DNA of 64,000 bases from Thermodesulfobacteriota bacterium (GCA_034189385.1 JAXHVD010000005.1:32001-96000), one strand, 5' to 3'; shown: positions 1 through 9,417, counted from the first letter of the stretch. The notes: generated from the letters alone by a model not told the origin. Numbers and translations: made by a program.

Positions 1-9
1 GGTGATCTG

Positions 10-1161
10 ATGGCTGAGAGACGAGCAACATATGGGGAGTTGGAACAAAGGGTCAAAGCACTCGAGCAGGAAGCGGCCAAGGGCAAGCGTGTGGAGGCGG
101 AGCTTCGGGAGAGCGAGGAGAAATACCGCCTTCTCATCGACAACTATGGTGATCCGATCACGGTCTTTGACGACAATGGTGTTCTTACCCTTATAAACAT
201 TGTAGGGGCCAGGAACTTGGGTGGAACCCCTGAGGAGTTTGTTGGAAAGTCCATGCACCACCTTTTTCCTGAGAATGCCCATGTCCTTATGGAGAGAAAT
301 CGTCAGGTCATCGAATCTGGAACAGGGCGTGATTTCGAAGACGAATTCCAACTGCCCACGGGGAATCGATGGTTTCTGTCAAACATTCAGCCTGTTAAAG
401 CCCGTGATGGAAAGACCTTTGGTGTTCAGATTATCTCTCATGACATCACTGAGCGCAAGCTCATGGAAGAGGAGCTGAGAAAGAGCTCTGAGAAGATAAA
501 AATCTTTGCCTACTCGGTTTCACATGACCTCAAGAGCCCGGCCGTGGGCCTCTATGGCGTCACACGGCTTCTTCACAAACACTACCGACATGTCCTTGAC
601 GAAAGGGCAAGGAATTATTGTGATCAGATTATGACGGCCGCAGAACAGATTGCAGATCTTGTTTGGAAAATCAATGTCTACATATCGACTAAAGAGTTAC
701 CGCTGAACGTGACGAGTGTTAAGCTGAAAGAGATACTGCAGATGGTGAAAGACGAATTCTCAGCCCAACTCAATCTCCGCGGAATTCAGTGGATGGAGCC
801 TGAAAGCATGCCTGAGATCAGGGTTGACAGATTGTCTATCTTGAGGGTGTTAAGGAACCTTGTGGAGAATGCACTGAAGCACGGAGGCGATGGGTTGAGT
901 GAAATCTGGGCAGGATATGAGAGGTCTGATCAGTTTCATGTCCTTTTAGTAGGCAATAACGGTGTGGGAATAAAGAGCGAAGTCATGGAGAAGATCTTTG
1001 GGCCTTTCCAGCGCCATGAAACACGTGGGGCTGGGGAGGGGGCCGGTCTGGGCCTGGCCATCGTTAAAGAGGTGGCAGAACAGCATGGCGGCAAAGTATG
1101 GGTGAAATCCCGCCCGGGAGAGGGGCCGACTTTTTACATATCCATTTCTAGGGCCTTGTAA
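10..1161 (+). CDS. PAS-domain sensor histidine kinase
   Basis: PAS-like region (EKYRLLIDN...SHDITERK), HisKA H-box (SVSHDLKSP), N-box (NLVENALKH), G-boxes (NNGVGI, GAGLGLAIV). Confidence 0.92.
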   Translation: MAERRATYGELEQRVKALEQEAAKGKRVEAELRESEEKYRLLIDNYGDPITVFDDNGVLTLINIVGARNLGGTPEEFVGKSMHHLFPENAHVLMERNRQVIESGTGRDFEDEFQLPTGNRWFLSNIQPVKARDGKTFGVQIISHDITERKLMEEELRKSSEKIKIFAYSVSHDLKSPAVGLYGVTRLLHKHYRHVLDERARNYCDQIMTAAEQIADLVWKINVYISTKELPLNVTSVKLKEILQMVKDEFSAQLNLRGIQWMEPESMPEIRVDRLSILRVLRNLVENALKHGGDGLSEIWAGYERSDQFHVLLVGNNGVGIKSEVMEKIFGPFQRHETRGAGEGAGLGLAIVKEVAEQHGGKVWVKSRPGEGPTFYISISRAL

Positions 1162-1235
1162 CTGGCCTAGTCGCCAGTGTGAATAAGTACCAGGCCATGG
1201 GCCAGTGCTTTCTTCCCTCCCCCCCTTTTTGTGGA

Positions 1236-1303
1236 AAGAATCGATCTGATCGGGCAGAAAGTCTTTTGTGAGGGACATTGAGTCCGCCCTGGCGGGAAAA
1301 TTT
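1236..1303 (+). repeat. Degenerate partial copy of the inverted-repeat element family also at 58051 and 60721
   Basis: AAAGTCTTTTGTGAGGGACATTGAGTCCGCCCTGGCGG aligns with AAAGTCTTTCGCGAACGACATTGAGCCCGCCGTGGCGG from the 60721 element. Confidence 0.65.
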
Positions 1304-1431
1304 CTGTGCAAAGCGAGACAAGGGGCAATCGGTGCAAGATCTATGTAACTGACACGGGACATGGGATCGCAAGTGGAGACACAACAGGGGCAGCAAGGTG
1401 TGTTTCCTCATGGCCCTGTTGGACAGAGGAC

Positions 1432-1569
1432 TTAGGTATACATGAGGGAATAGAGCCTGGTTCTTTCCCAGAGAGATGTAATGTCCCAAGCTTGTCTTTT
1501 AGGAAGTATCCTGACCAGGCGGCAGTAGACATGCAGGGCATTGAGGTTATGGTGTAAGAAGTTTTTCAT
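1432..1569 (-). CDS. Small hypothetical protein, 45 aa (MKNFLHHNLNALHVYCRL...)
   Basis: ATG at 1569 with a purine-rich RBS (AAAGGGGGAAAATACG-ATG) and its own sigma-54 promoter immediately upstream. Confidence 0.65.
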   Translation of the reverse strand: MKNFLHHNLNALHVYCRLVRILPKRQAWDITSLWERTRLYSLMYT

Positions 1570-1604
1570 CGTATTTTCCCCCTTTCTTTTGGTTATCCTC
1601 TTTT

Positions 1605-1621
1605 TGCACTGGCCATGCCAA
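1605..1621 (-). promoter_or_regulatory. Sigma-54 (-24/-12) promoter
   Basis: TTGGCATGGCCAGTGCA with exact GG-N10-GC spacing; 14 of 16 positions identical to the promoter at 14431. Confidence 0.8.
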
Positions 1622-1728
1622 CTCACGGCAACCTCGGCCGCGCTTCAATATAACCAATTGTAATGAGACAGATTCTTGGATTTCCAGCCTTTGTGAAGGG
1701 ATTTTGGGTCCGTGGGCAACTGATGAGT

Positions 1729-1780
1729 TGTTGTGTGCAATGCAACTTATTGCAGTGGCAGTGTCTCCTCAAGGCCAACA
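1729..1780. promoter_or_regulatory. Paired upstream activator sites (TGTTG-N9-CAACA type)
   Basis: TGTTGTGTGCAATGCAACT (1729-1747) and TGTCTCCTCAAGGCCAACA (1762-1780), 33 bp apart; the proximal site is 109 bp from the -24 box. Confidence 0.65.
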
Positions 1781-1858
1781 TCACGATCGGAGAGAGGGAG
1801 AAAAGGGCAGACTCGAAAAAAGTCAGAAACGGGCGTTGTGACTTCTTGCGACACCATC

Positions 1859-1893
1859 AAAAAAGGGAGGCGGCCAAAACGGCCCCCTCCCTC
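1859..1893 (-). terminator. Rho-independent terminator of the Tyr/Pro-rich precursor gene
   Basis: Minus strand reads GGGAGGGGGCC-GTTTT-GGCCGCCTCCC followed by a T tract, about 25 nt after the stop. Confidence 0.8.
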
Positions 1894-1917
1894 TAGGAGT
1901 TGCCCGAGGAGGTAGCT

Positions 1918-2172
1918 TTACTCAGCGCCACCGCCCATTGCCGGCATTGCCCCGCCGGGAATGCCGTACGGGACCACAGGGTAGCAGGGATAGGGGAAAC
2001 AGGGGAAGTAAGGATAGCCCATGTAGAAGGGAAAACCGGGGTAGCAGGGATAGCCGGGGATGTACCCAGGGACATAACCCGGGCCGGGGTAACAACCACC
2101 TGCCACCTCACTCATAGCCTTGCCGTTTAGTTCCTTGTCCATTTCCAAATCCTTGATTTTGACCTTTTTCAT
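1918..2172 (-). CDS. Double-glycine-leader secreted peptide precursor with Tyr/Pro/Gly/Cys-rich core (84 aa)
   Basis: RBS AAAGGAGAAGGAAA-ATG; leader MKKVKIKDLEMDKELNGKAMSEVAGG; own sigma-54 promoter and terminator; C39 peptidase transporter nearby. Confidence 0.88.
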   Translation of the reverse strand: MKKVKIKDLEMDKELNGKAMSEVAGGCYPGPGYVPGYIPGYPCYPGFPFYMGYPYFPCFPYPCYPVVPYGIPGGAMPAMGGGAE

Positions 2173-2224
2173 TTTCCTTCTCCTTTCTTTTTGTTTTTTG
2201 CTGGCGTTTGGTTTACTGTTGGTC

Positions 2225-2241
2225 TGCATCCCCCGTGCCAA
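2225..2241 (-). promoter_or_regulatory. Sigma-54 (-24/-12) promoter
   Basis: TTGGCACGGGGGATGCA, near consensus with GG-N10-GC, about 50 bp upstream of ATG 2172. Confidence 0.88.
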
Positions 2242-2348
2242 CACCGTCGCCAATATTGGATGAACAGTGATAAGTATTTATCATTCAACATCAATTTTGA
2301 ATAAGGGCCTTTTGGGGGAAGCTCCGTATTTTCCAGGTCTCTAAATCT

Positions 2349-2400
2349 TGTTGCTTTTTTTGCAACACATCTGGCATGATCTGTTTGTTCACTGCCAACG
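2349..2400. promoter_or_regulatory. Paired upstream activator sites
   Basis: Palindrome TGTTGC-T7-GCAACA (2349-2367), 109 bp from the -24 box, and TGTTTGTTCACTGCCAACG (2382-2400), 33 bp further. Confidence 0.7.
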
Positions 2401-2653
2401 CTTCTGTTGAGTCGAAGCATTCTGTTGTCCCTTTGCTTGTGACAAGAAGAGTCAAAACCCCTTGATTTGGAGGGATGAAATGGCCATTTTGGGATTGTCT
2501 TTTCATTGAATCTCTGGTATTTGAGATTTTGGCAGTTTGACACTTTCAGAGCACCAGCAACCGTTTTTCCCATAAACAAACAAGTTGTGAAGATCTTGCC
2601 GCTTGGCCTGACAGAACATTCTTTGTGCTGTTCCGTGCCTAAGCGTTAAGGTG

Positions 2654-2772
2654 TTGAACCGAATAAGCGAGCGCATTCCCCGCTGCTTGCGGCGGGGTTA
2701 GCGAGTGTATAGTTAAGATGACAACATCCTTGCGGTGAAGATTCCCCGTGGCTTGCCGCGGGGAGGGTTCAA
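2654..2772. mobile_element. 119-bp non-autonomous miniature element (REP/MITE-like) with two GC-rich hairpins
   Basis: Terminal inverted repeat TTGAACC...GGTTCAA; hairpins CCCCGCTGCTTGCGGCGGGG (2678-2697) and CCCCGTGGCTTGCCGCGGGG (2744-2763). Confidence 0.6.
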
Positions 2773-2865
2773 TTCATCATTATTCGTGCTCGTGGCTGTA
2801 TGCCGTTGCATCGGGCGCCTCGTCAGTTCCCTGTGTCTTTCAATTGCATTGATCTGTGAGGTACA

Positions 2866-3549
2866 TTGAGAAGGCCCCTTTCCGTTGGATACTTGGCGCT
2901 CCTGCCGTCTATCATTGCCATCCTTGCCTCTGCAGCTATTGCCGAAGATCGATCTGAAAAAGAGATTTGGCAGCTATCCCCCGACTATGAGCTCATGAAG
3001 CCCAAAGTGATTGCGGTGGTTCCCATGGACAACTTCTCTTTGGAGCCCAACGTTGAGAAGGCCTTGTACCAGGAGGTCTATGAACGATTGAAGGTGAAGG
3101 GATACATGAGGATTGCGGCCGAAAAAGTAGATGAGGTCATGAAAGAGCTCGGTATTCAAACGCCTGGTCAACTGGCGGGGATTTCACTCGCCAGGCTTGG
3201 GAAAAAACTTAAGTGTGAGGCTGTGTTGATGGGGCAGATCGAGCAGTCTGGCACGATCCATAAAGGGATTTATGACGCTGTAGCAGTCTCTTGTTCTCTT
3301 AGGCTGGTGGACTGCGCCACGGGGAGAATGCTCTGGCAAACGGAGCAGTGGAGAGCCGCCCACAGACAGTGGCAGGTGGATCCGATTAATCTATTTATCA
3401 ATGTTGCCGCCCATGAAAAGGCCTCACGTGAAAAGAGAGTGGCCTGCCTCGTCCATGAGATGCTGAAGACATTGCCCCAGGGCCACGTCGATGTGCAAGT
3501 TGGCGACCTTTTAAATCAAGCCCAGGAGATCCCAGCAAACCAACCGTAG
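2866..3549 (+). CDS. Exported protein, DUF799/CsgG-like fold
   Basis: N-terminal signal peptide; IAVVPMDN...LKVKGY...AVLMGQI...SLRLVDCATGRMLW pattern typical of DUF799/LpoB/CsgG-like proteins. Confidence 0.65.
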   Translation: MRRPLSVGYLALLPSIIAILASAAIAEDRSEKEIWQLSPDYELMKPKVIAVVPMDNFSLEPNVEKALYQEVYERLKVKGYMRIAAEKVDEVMKELGIQTPGQLAGISLARLGKKLKCEAVLMGQIEQSGTIHKGIYDAVAVSCSLRLVDCATGRMLWQTEQWRAAHRQWQVDPINLFINVAAHEKASREKRVACLVHEMLKTLPQGHVDVQVGDLLNQAQEIPANQP

Positions 3550-3602
3550 AATAGTATGTTGGTACACCCCGCTTTTCGGACCGGTATGATCGGAGGAAAA
3601 AG

Positions 3603-5018
3603 ATGAAGGCTTCACTGGCAATCAGGTTCTCTCTATTGATGGTGACGGTCCTAAGTGCATGCTCTGTGGGGCCCCAATATGAACGCCCGAAGCTTGAGGA
3701 AAAGAAGGCTTGGGGTGAAACAGAAGCTGCCGAATTAGGGCCCTGCCGAGTCATACAGATGGATTGGTGGACGGGTTTTGGCGATCCTTATCTTAACAAA
3801 TTGGTCCAAGAGGCTATCTCAGGCAGTTTTGACTTGAAGATTCTGCTCGGACGTATCCAGGAAGCAGGTGCTACGATTAAAGGGGCTCGGGCGCAACTGA
3901 TGCCTTCTCTAGACTTGTCCACAAAGGCAGAGTTTAGTCGGGCGGAAGTGCCTGACTTCGGTGGCGGTCACACGGTGGCTGACTCTCAACAGGCCACCGG
4001 ACAGACGAGTTTGAGTTGGGAAATAGACATGTGGGGCAAGAAGAGGAGAGAGTATGCAGCAACCAAAGCTGAATATGAAGCCAGTCAAGCTGACTATCGG
4101 GCAGGATATCTAAAGCTGGTTTCGGAGCTGGCAATGGCCTATTTTCAGATCCGCCAGATTGATGAGCAGTCCCGTATGACGGACAGGTCCCATGGACAAT
4201 ACAATCAAATACTGACCATCTACCAAAACCAATACGCTGAAGGCCTTGTTCCTCAGTGGAAAGTGCTGCGGCAAGAGGCAGAAGTGAAAAGGCTGAATCA
4301 GGATTTGTTGGAACTTGAAAGGGTGCGAAAGAGGCTTGAAAACAGAATAGCCACTTTGTTGGGCCGGCCTGCAGGGGATTTGAAAATTCCCCGTGCCAAC
4401 CTGAGACAAAACCTGCGGCCCGTGAAGGTGCCTGTGGGCCTTCCCTCTGACCTTCTGTCCCGACGTCCGGACATTGTGGCAGCCGAATACCGCCTCATTA
4501 AGGCAACCCATAACGTAGGTGCGGCCGAAGCCGCCAGGCTCCCATCTTTTGGTCTGACCGGCTCTGGCAGCTTAGTGAGTGAAAGCCTCAAGGGGCTGCT
4601 CACGGGCACCTGGGCGCTGTCCATCGCACCAGCCGTGTCCATGCCGCTTTTTGATGGTGGCAGTCGCAAGGCTGACGTTGCTGCAAAACAAGCACGAGCA
4701 CAAGTAACCCAAGAGGTGTATCGCAAGACAGTAATGACAGCCTTTGAAGAGGTGGAGAACGCTTTGGTAAATCTGGAGAGTCGACAAAAGCAGCAGGCTG
4801 TCCTGAAGGAGAAGCTCGACGGGCTGAAACAGGTTCGATCTCAAACCACCGCCAAATTTGAACTTGGCTTGATATCCCAATTACAGGTTCTAGACATCGA
4901 GCGGGAGCTTTATGCAGCTGAGAAGTCGCTTCTGCAGATGCATCGTTACCTCTTGGATGATACCGTCTCTCTCTTTAAGGCCCTGGGCGGCGGCTGGGGC
5001 AAGGTCACAGTGAAGTAG
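3603..5018 (+). CDS. Outer membrane factor lipoprotein (NodT/OprM/TolC family)
   Basis: Lipobox LSAC-SVGP, WWTGFGDPYLNKLV, SWEIDMWGK, PSDLLSRRPDIVAAE, LFKALGGGW. Confidence 0.95.
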   Translation: MKASLAIRFSLLMVTVLSACSVGPQYERPKLEEKKAWGETEAAELGPCRVIQMDWWTGFGDPYLNKLVQEAISGSFDLKILLGRIQEAGATIKGARAQLMPSLDLSTKAEFSRAEVPDFGGGHTVADSQQATGQTSLSWEIDMWGKKRREYAATKAEYEASQADYRAGYLKLVSELAMAYFQIRQIDEQSRMTDRSHGQYNQILTIYQNQYAEGLVPQWKVLRQEAEVKRLNQDLLELERVRKRLENRIATLLGRPAGDLKIPRANLRQNLRPVKVPVGLPSDLLSRRPDIVAAEYRLIKATHNVGAAEAARLPSFGLTGSGSLVSESLKGLLTGTWALSIAPAVSMPLFDGGSRKADVAAKQARAQVTQEVYRKTVMTAFEEVENALVNLESRQKQQAVLKEKLDGLKQVRSQTTAKFELGLISQLQVLDIERELYAAEKSLLQMHRYLLDDTVSLFKALGGGWGKVTVK

Positions 5019-5056
5019 CGTGAGAAAGTAGAATTTTGACCGGAGACATTTTTCCT

Positions 5057-7108
5057 ATGAAAGTCATCCTGCAGGCCGAGCCAAATACGGGTATCCAAGA
5101 TATCGTCATCGAGGGCTTGCCTTTTGTGATCGGCCGCGGCGAAGGCAAGTTTTCGCAGTACGAAGAGCAATTCCCGGATCAGCTAAAGAAGCTTTCCAGG
5201 CGGCATGCCCGGATCTTCGTCGAGGGGGGCAGACTGTACATAGAGGACCTGGGCAGCACCAACGGCACTTTTTTGGGCGGACAACGGCTTCATGATCAGC
5301 CCATGCCTCTTGGAAATGGGGACGCTATAGCCTTTGGCGCTTTCTTTAAATACGTGATTTACATAGATCAACCTGAGACGAAATCGGCGGAAAGCCGGCC
5401 CGGCGGGGAAAGCACCATATACGTGTCGGACGCTTCCTCCTTCTTGGGCATGCTAGCCTCGGAGAAGAAAGCAGATCAGGGCCCTTCTTCAGGCGGCCGC
5501 CAAGAAACCTCCTCCCAATCCTCTATTCCGTGTGCGGGCACCCATTCGAAACTTAAGGACAAGAAAAGACTTTTTGCCGCCTTTATCGCTGAGTTCTGGG
5601 ACAAGCCCGGAGACGGCCGGAAACGAAAATGGTACTTGCTGGGTTTGGTCGGGGTCCTCTTGGCTGCAGGGGTTGTTTCAGTGGTCGCCCTCAGTTCGCC
5701 CGAACGGAAGTTGAAGAGACTAATGAAGCAACAGCGTTACACTGAGTGTGCTCAGGTGGCTGATGCAATACTGCGGGAGGATCCTCACGATGAACGCGTG
5801 TGTGATATCGCAACAGAGGCTCTCATAAAGGGCATTTTGCCTGACTGGATGGACAAATTGAAAAGGGCACGCTTCGCTGAGGCCCGGGAATTCCTAGCCT
5901 CAGCGGCATCACGAAACGAACACAATCGTGACGGCTTAAAAGCTATAGAGTTGTTGGTTTGGGTCACAGACCTTGAAGCGTTCTTTGCCGGAAGGAAGGG
6001 CGAAACACCTGTAACCATATACCGGGACGAGGAAAAGGTAGAGTCCTTGCTCAGTCGATGGACCAAGGACAAGAACTGCAACTGCTCTCTTCTGGACCAA
6101 ATGGCAAACCACCATCCTCCATTTGCCATTTACCAGAGACAGATACACAGCGATCTAAATGCACTGAAGACCTTGGAGACGATGCGTGTTGAGCCCACCG
6201 AAGAGCTCAAGGCGGCAATAGAAAGTCAATTGGATGCGGACCGGCCTGAGGCTTTGGTTGCAACTGTAGAAAACTTCAGACGAAAGTACCCAGAGATCGG
6301 CGGAATAGAGGCATTGCAGAAAGATGTGGCTGCCTATATTGCCCTCTGGAGAGCGGTGGAGTCAAAGGAATTGTTCAGGGTGTCCTCCTTGCTTGAAGAA
6401 GACCCTTATCAGACCAAGCCATTTGTGGACAAGGTCGCCCACATTCGTGAAAAGATCCTGCCCTCGCCCGCCGTCGTTGAGGCATACAGAAGGGCCAGAG
6501 AGGCCTGGTTGGGGGGGGCTCCCAAAAAAGCCATCGCGATCCTTCAACCCCTCGTCAACGAGAAATGGGGCGAACTGGCAGAGAGGAAACTGAAACACTA
6601 TCGTCAGGTTCTAAAGGACTTCGCTGCGGTGGAAGGGTCAAGAGACAGATTAGACTACGGTGTCCTCCTGCTCTCTTTTCATAATATCCTTATTCCAAGT
6701 GAGGACGAGGTTTTCTTGAAGTTGATAGAAAAGGATTACGAGAAGATTAGAACCGAAGAGTTGAAGAAGAGTCAGGCTTCATTCATGGAGGCGCAAGCAA
6801 AATGGGATGACTACCTAAAAGGTGGTGGGATTTCGGGGCTTCTTCGCCTTGACACAAAGGTGTCTGAGGAGTTTCGAAGAAAGGCAGGACTTCTGAGAAC
6901 GGCCTTTGAGGCTTTTTCGTCAGGTGCCAGCATATATGGTCTTCTAAACAGGGAGTTGCCCGATACGTGGAAGACCCTTGAGAAGACCATTCTTGATGAA
7001 GTCCAAATCCAACGACTACGTCTTGATGATCTCAGAAACGTATTGGACCCTGCTGTATCGTCAGAGAAGGTCAAATTGCTACCGAATCCATCAGAGAGGA
7101 AAGACTGA
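5057..7108 (+). CDS. FHA-domain membrane protein with large helical (TPR-like) C-terminal region
   Basis: FHA motifs VIGR, LSRRHA, DLGSTNGT; one hydrophobic helix (WYLLGLVGVLLAAGVVSVVAL); alternative TTG start at 5036. Confidence 0.85.
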   Translation: MKVILQAEPNTGIQDIVIEGLPFVIGRGEGKFSQYEEQFPDQLKKLSRRHARIFVEGGRLYIEDLGSTNGTFLGGQRLHDQPMPLGNGDAIAFGAFFKYVIYIDQPETKSAESRPGGESTIYVSDASSFLGMLASEKKADQGPSSGGRQETSSQSSIPCAGTHSKLKDKKRLFAAFIAEFWDKPGDGRKRKWYLLGLVGVLLAAGVVSVVALSSPERKLKRLMKQQRYTECAQVADAILREDPHDERVCDIATEALIKGILPDWMDKLKRARFAEAREFLASAASRNEHNRDGLKAIELLVWVTDLEAFFAGRKGETPVTIYRDEEKVESLLSRWTKDKNCNCSLLDQMANHHPPFAIYQRQIHSDLNALKTLETMRVEPTEELKAAIESQLDADRPEALVATVENFRRKYPEIGGIEALQKDVAAYIALWRAVESKELFRVSSLLEEDPYQTKPFVDKVAHIREKILPSPAVVEAYRRAREAWLGGAPKKAIAILQPLVNEKWGELAERKLKHYRQVLKDFAAVEGSRDRLDYGVLLLSFHNILIPSEDEVFLKLIEKDYEKIRTEELKKSQASFMEAQAKWDDYLKGGGISGLLRLDTKVSEEFRRKAGLLRTAFEAFSSGASIYGLLNRELPDTWKTLEKTILDEVQIQRLRLDDLRNVLDPAVSSEKVKLLPNPSERKD

Positions 7109-8475
7109 TGTCCCAAGAAAAACACCCAGAGGTTTTCGTGGACGCCGTGGAAGAGCACAGTGCGGAAGCCCTTGAAGTGCTCATGGAAAGGTCCTCTTTG
7201 TTAGCCCGGGGGATTATCTATCTGCTGATAGCCCTCTTAGCGTCGCTGTTTATCTGGTCTTTTTACGGCAAGGCAGATGTGATCATTAAGGCTAAAGGGC
7301 AATTGGAGCCGGCGTCTGAGGAAAGACGGGTCTATTCACCCACAAACGGTGAATTGATCGACATCTATGTGGCAGAGGGCATGCCCATATCCAAGAATGA
7401 CCTCCTGGCTCGCATCAAGGCGCCAGAAGCCATCAAGGCTGCGGCAGGAGCAGTGGAGGCAAAGATGAAACTTCAGGAAGCTGAGCGGCAAAAAGAGGTC
7501 TTTCCAGAGAAGAAGAAGATAATGGAAGAAGAGCTTGCCACCATAGCCAAACACATTGAGCAGAAAGAGAAGGAGTACAGTCAACTTAAGACAGAAGGAT
7601 TGCGGAACCTTTCGGAGAGCCAAAGACATAAACTAGAGGCAACGAGAACCAAGCTGGAAGAAGCAAGAAGCGAAAGAGATCTTGCGAAACGGACGGCGGG
7701 TACATACAAGCGCCTCTATGAGACGCCAGGCCATGGCGGCGTCTCCAGACAAGAAACGGAAAAGGCAGAAAGCACATACCTTAAGGCAAATGCCACGTAT
7801 GAGCGTTTGTTGACGGAGCTACAGAACCTGGAACTTGAGTTCAGCAAACAACATGCGGAAACGGGCAACAAGATTGACAAGACATACATTGAGCTACTGG
7901 GTATGCGTGTCAAACATGCAAACAAGAGGCAGGAAATCGCAAACGCGGAAAGCCGGATTGACGTCCAGTATCGCACGGCGCGGGCGAAGTGGGAGGCCGC
8001 TTCCCTGGTGAGTTTTGAGGACCTTGATCAAGAAACGCTAGTGATCCGTTCCCCTGTATCCGGGAAGATAACCCGGGTCTCCTTCAAGCAACAAGGAGAA
8101 AAGGTGGAAGCAACAAAAGCCCTCGTTTCCATCGCCCCGGCAGATGCCAGGGATATTCTGCGTGTTTCTATCTTGGACAAGGACCGTGGCTTCCTCAAGG
8201 TAGGCCAACCGGCAAAACTGAAGTTTGCTGCCTTTCCTTTTCAGCGCTATGGCTTCATACGGGGCAAACTGGAGTATATATCTCCCTCTGCAGAGCTCTC
8301 AAAGGACGGACAGCCGCTATACAATGGCCGGGTCAGTTTGGAACGTGACTATTTCATAGTCAACGGTGAGGAGATAAAACTGAGGTATGGCATGACTGCA
8401 GATGCGGAGATCATAGTTCAAAAGCGCAGGTTGATAGATCTGGCCTTGGATCCGGTGAGAAGACTCAAAGGCTAG
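7108..8475 (+). CDS. HlyD-family type I secretion membrane fusion protein
   Basis: N-terminal TM helix, lipoyl-like halves, long coiled coil, KLKFAAFPFQRYG, LRYGMTADAEI. Confidence 0.95.
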   Translation: MSQEKHPEVFVDAVEEHSAEALEVLMERSSLLARGIIYLLIALLASLFIWSFYGKADVIIKAKGQLEPASEERRVYSPTNGELIDIYVAEGMPISKNDLLARIKAPEAIKAAAGAVEAKMKLQEAERQKEVFPEKKKIMEEELATIAKHIEQKEKEYSQLKTEGLRNLSESQRHKLEATRTKLEEARSERDLAKRTAGTYKRLYETPGHGGVSRQETEKAESTYLKANATYERLLTELQNLELEFSKQHAETGNKIDKTYIELLGMRVKHANKRQEIANAESRIDVQYRTARAKWEAASLVSFEDLDQETLVIRSPVSGKITRVSFKQQGEKVEATKALVSIAPADARDILRVSILDKDRGFLKVGQPAKLKFAAFPFQRYGFIRGKLEYISPSAELSKDGQPLYNGRVSLERDYFIVNGEEIKLRYGMTADAEIIVQKRRLIDLALDPVRRLKG

Positions 8476-8664
8476 GGGCGGCGTGGACTGAAGGGTCGGG
8501 ATCTTACACAGTCAGCCCGACATGAATTGATCTGTGCCAGTGACCGCACTTTCACGGTCGTGGGATTCCATGTTAAGAAAGGAGGTGACCGTATTCCCGG
8601 GGGGAGGAATTTGACAGGAAAGGTAGCGCGCCTGAGTATTTATGGGTTCTTGAAGGAGGTAAAG

Positions 8665-9417
8665 ATGAGCACAGCGATCAAGATTAACGACGAGGTGGTT
8701 TCTGCAGAGCAATTTATCAATATCCTGAAAATGTCAAACGAGTTTCCTTTGCTGGCCGAGAAAGTTATCCGCGACAAGATAACGGTACAGGAGGCCAAAA
8801 AGAAAGGCATCAGTGTGTCCACCGAGGAGGTCCAGCAGGAAGCGGACGATTTCAGACGCGTTGCGGCCCTTCATCGGGCAAAGGATACGCAGGAATGGAT
8901 GGATCAGAGAGGGCTGACGCTGGATGAGTTTGAGATTTTTGTAACGGAGAGAATCTACAAGAAGAAGATGGTTGAAACCATCACGAGCGAGCAGTCCATT
9001 GAAGAGTATTTCAAGCTGAACTCGCCCAAGTTCGACAGTGCCGATATCAGGCACATCGTGGTGGACAGTGAGGCCAAGGCAAAAGAACTGATGTCTCTGC
9101 TGAGTGAAGACCCAGAGGGTTTTGGCGAGTTGGCCAAGGAGCACTCGCTTGACAATGAGACCAGAAAGACGGGAGGACAGATCGGAGGCTTGCGTCGGGG
9201 GGTGCTGCCCGATGAGGTGAGTGCCAAGGTCTTCAATGCATCTGCAGGAGATGTCGTCGGGCCCTTGGAGTTGGGCGATGGGTATTTCTACGAGATTATC
9301 CAGGTTACAGCCGTCAATCCTGCCAGCCTGGACGATTCCACCAAGGAAGAGATAGGTGAGTTACTTTACAACGACTGGCTGGAGGCACGTCTGCAAGAGC
9401 ACAGTGTTACGGTATAG
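8665..9417 (+). CDS. Parvulin (PpiC/SurA-like) peptidyl-prolyl isomerase without signal peptide
   Basis: RBS AAGGAGG; RHIVV...FGELAKEHSLD...TGGQIG...GDVVGPL rotamase motifs after a SurA-like helical region. Confidence 0.9.
   Translation: MSTAIKINDEVVSAEQFINILKMSNEFPLLAEKVIRDKITVQEAKKKGISVSTEEVQQEADDFRRVAALHRAKDTQEWMDQRGLTLDEFEIFVTERIYKKKMVETITSEQSIEEYFKLNSPKFDSADIRHIVVDSEAKAKELMSLLSEDPEGFGELAKEHSLDNETRKTGGQIGGLRRGVLPDEVSAKVFNASAGDVVGPLELGDGYFYEIIQVTAVNPASLDDSTKEEIGELLYNDWLEARLQEHSVTV

Noticed and set aside
1900..2130. Plus-strand ORF with repeated VAGI units
   Set aside because: Antisense shadow of the repetitive precursor gene, which has the RBS, promoter, terminator and leader.
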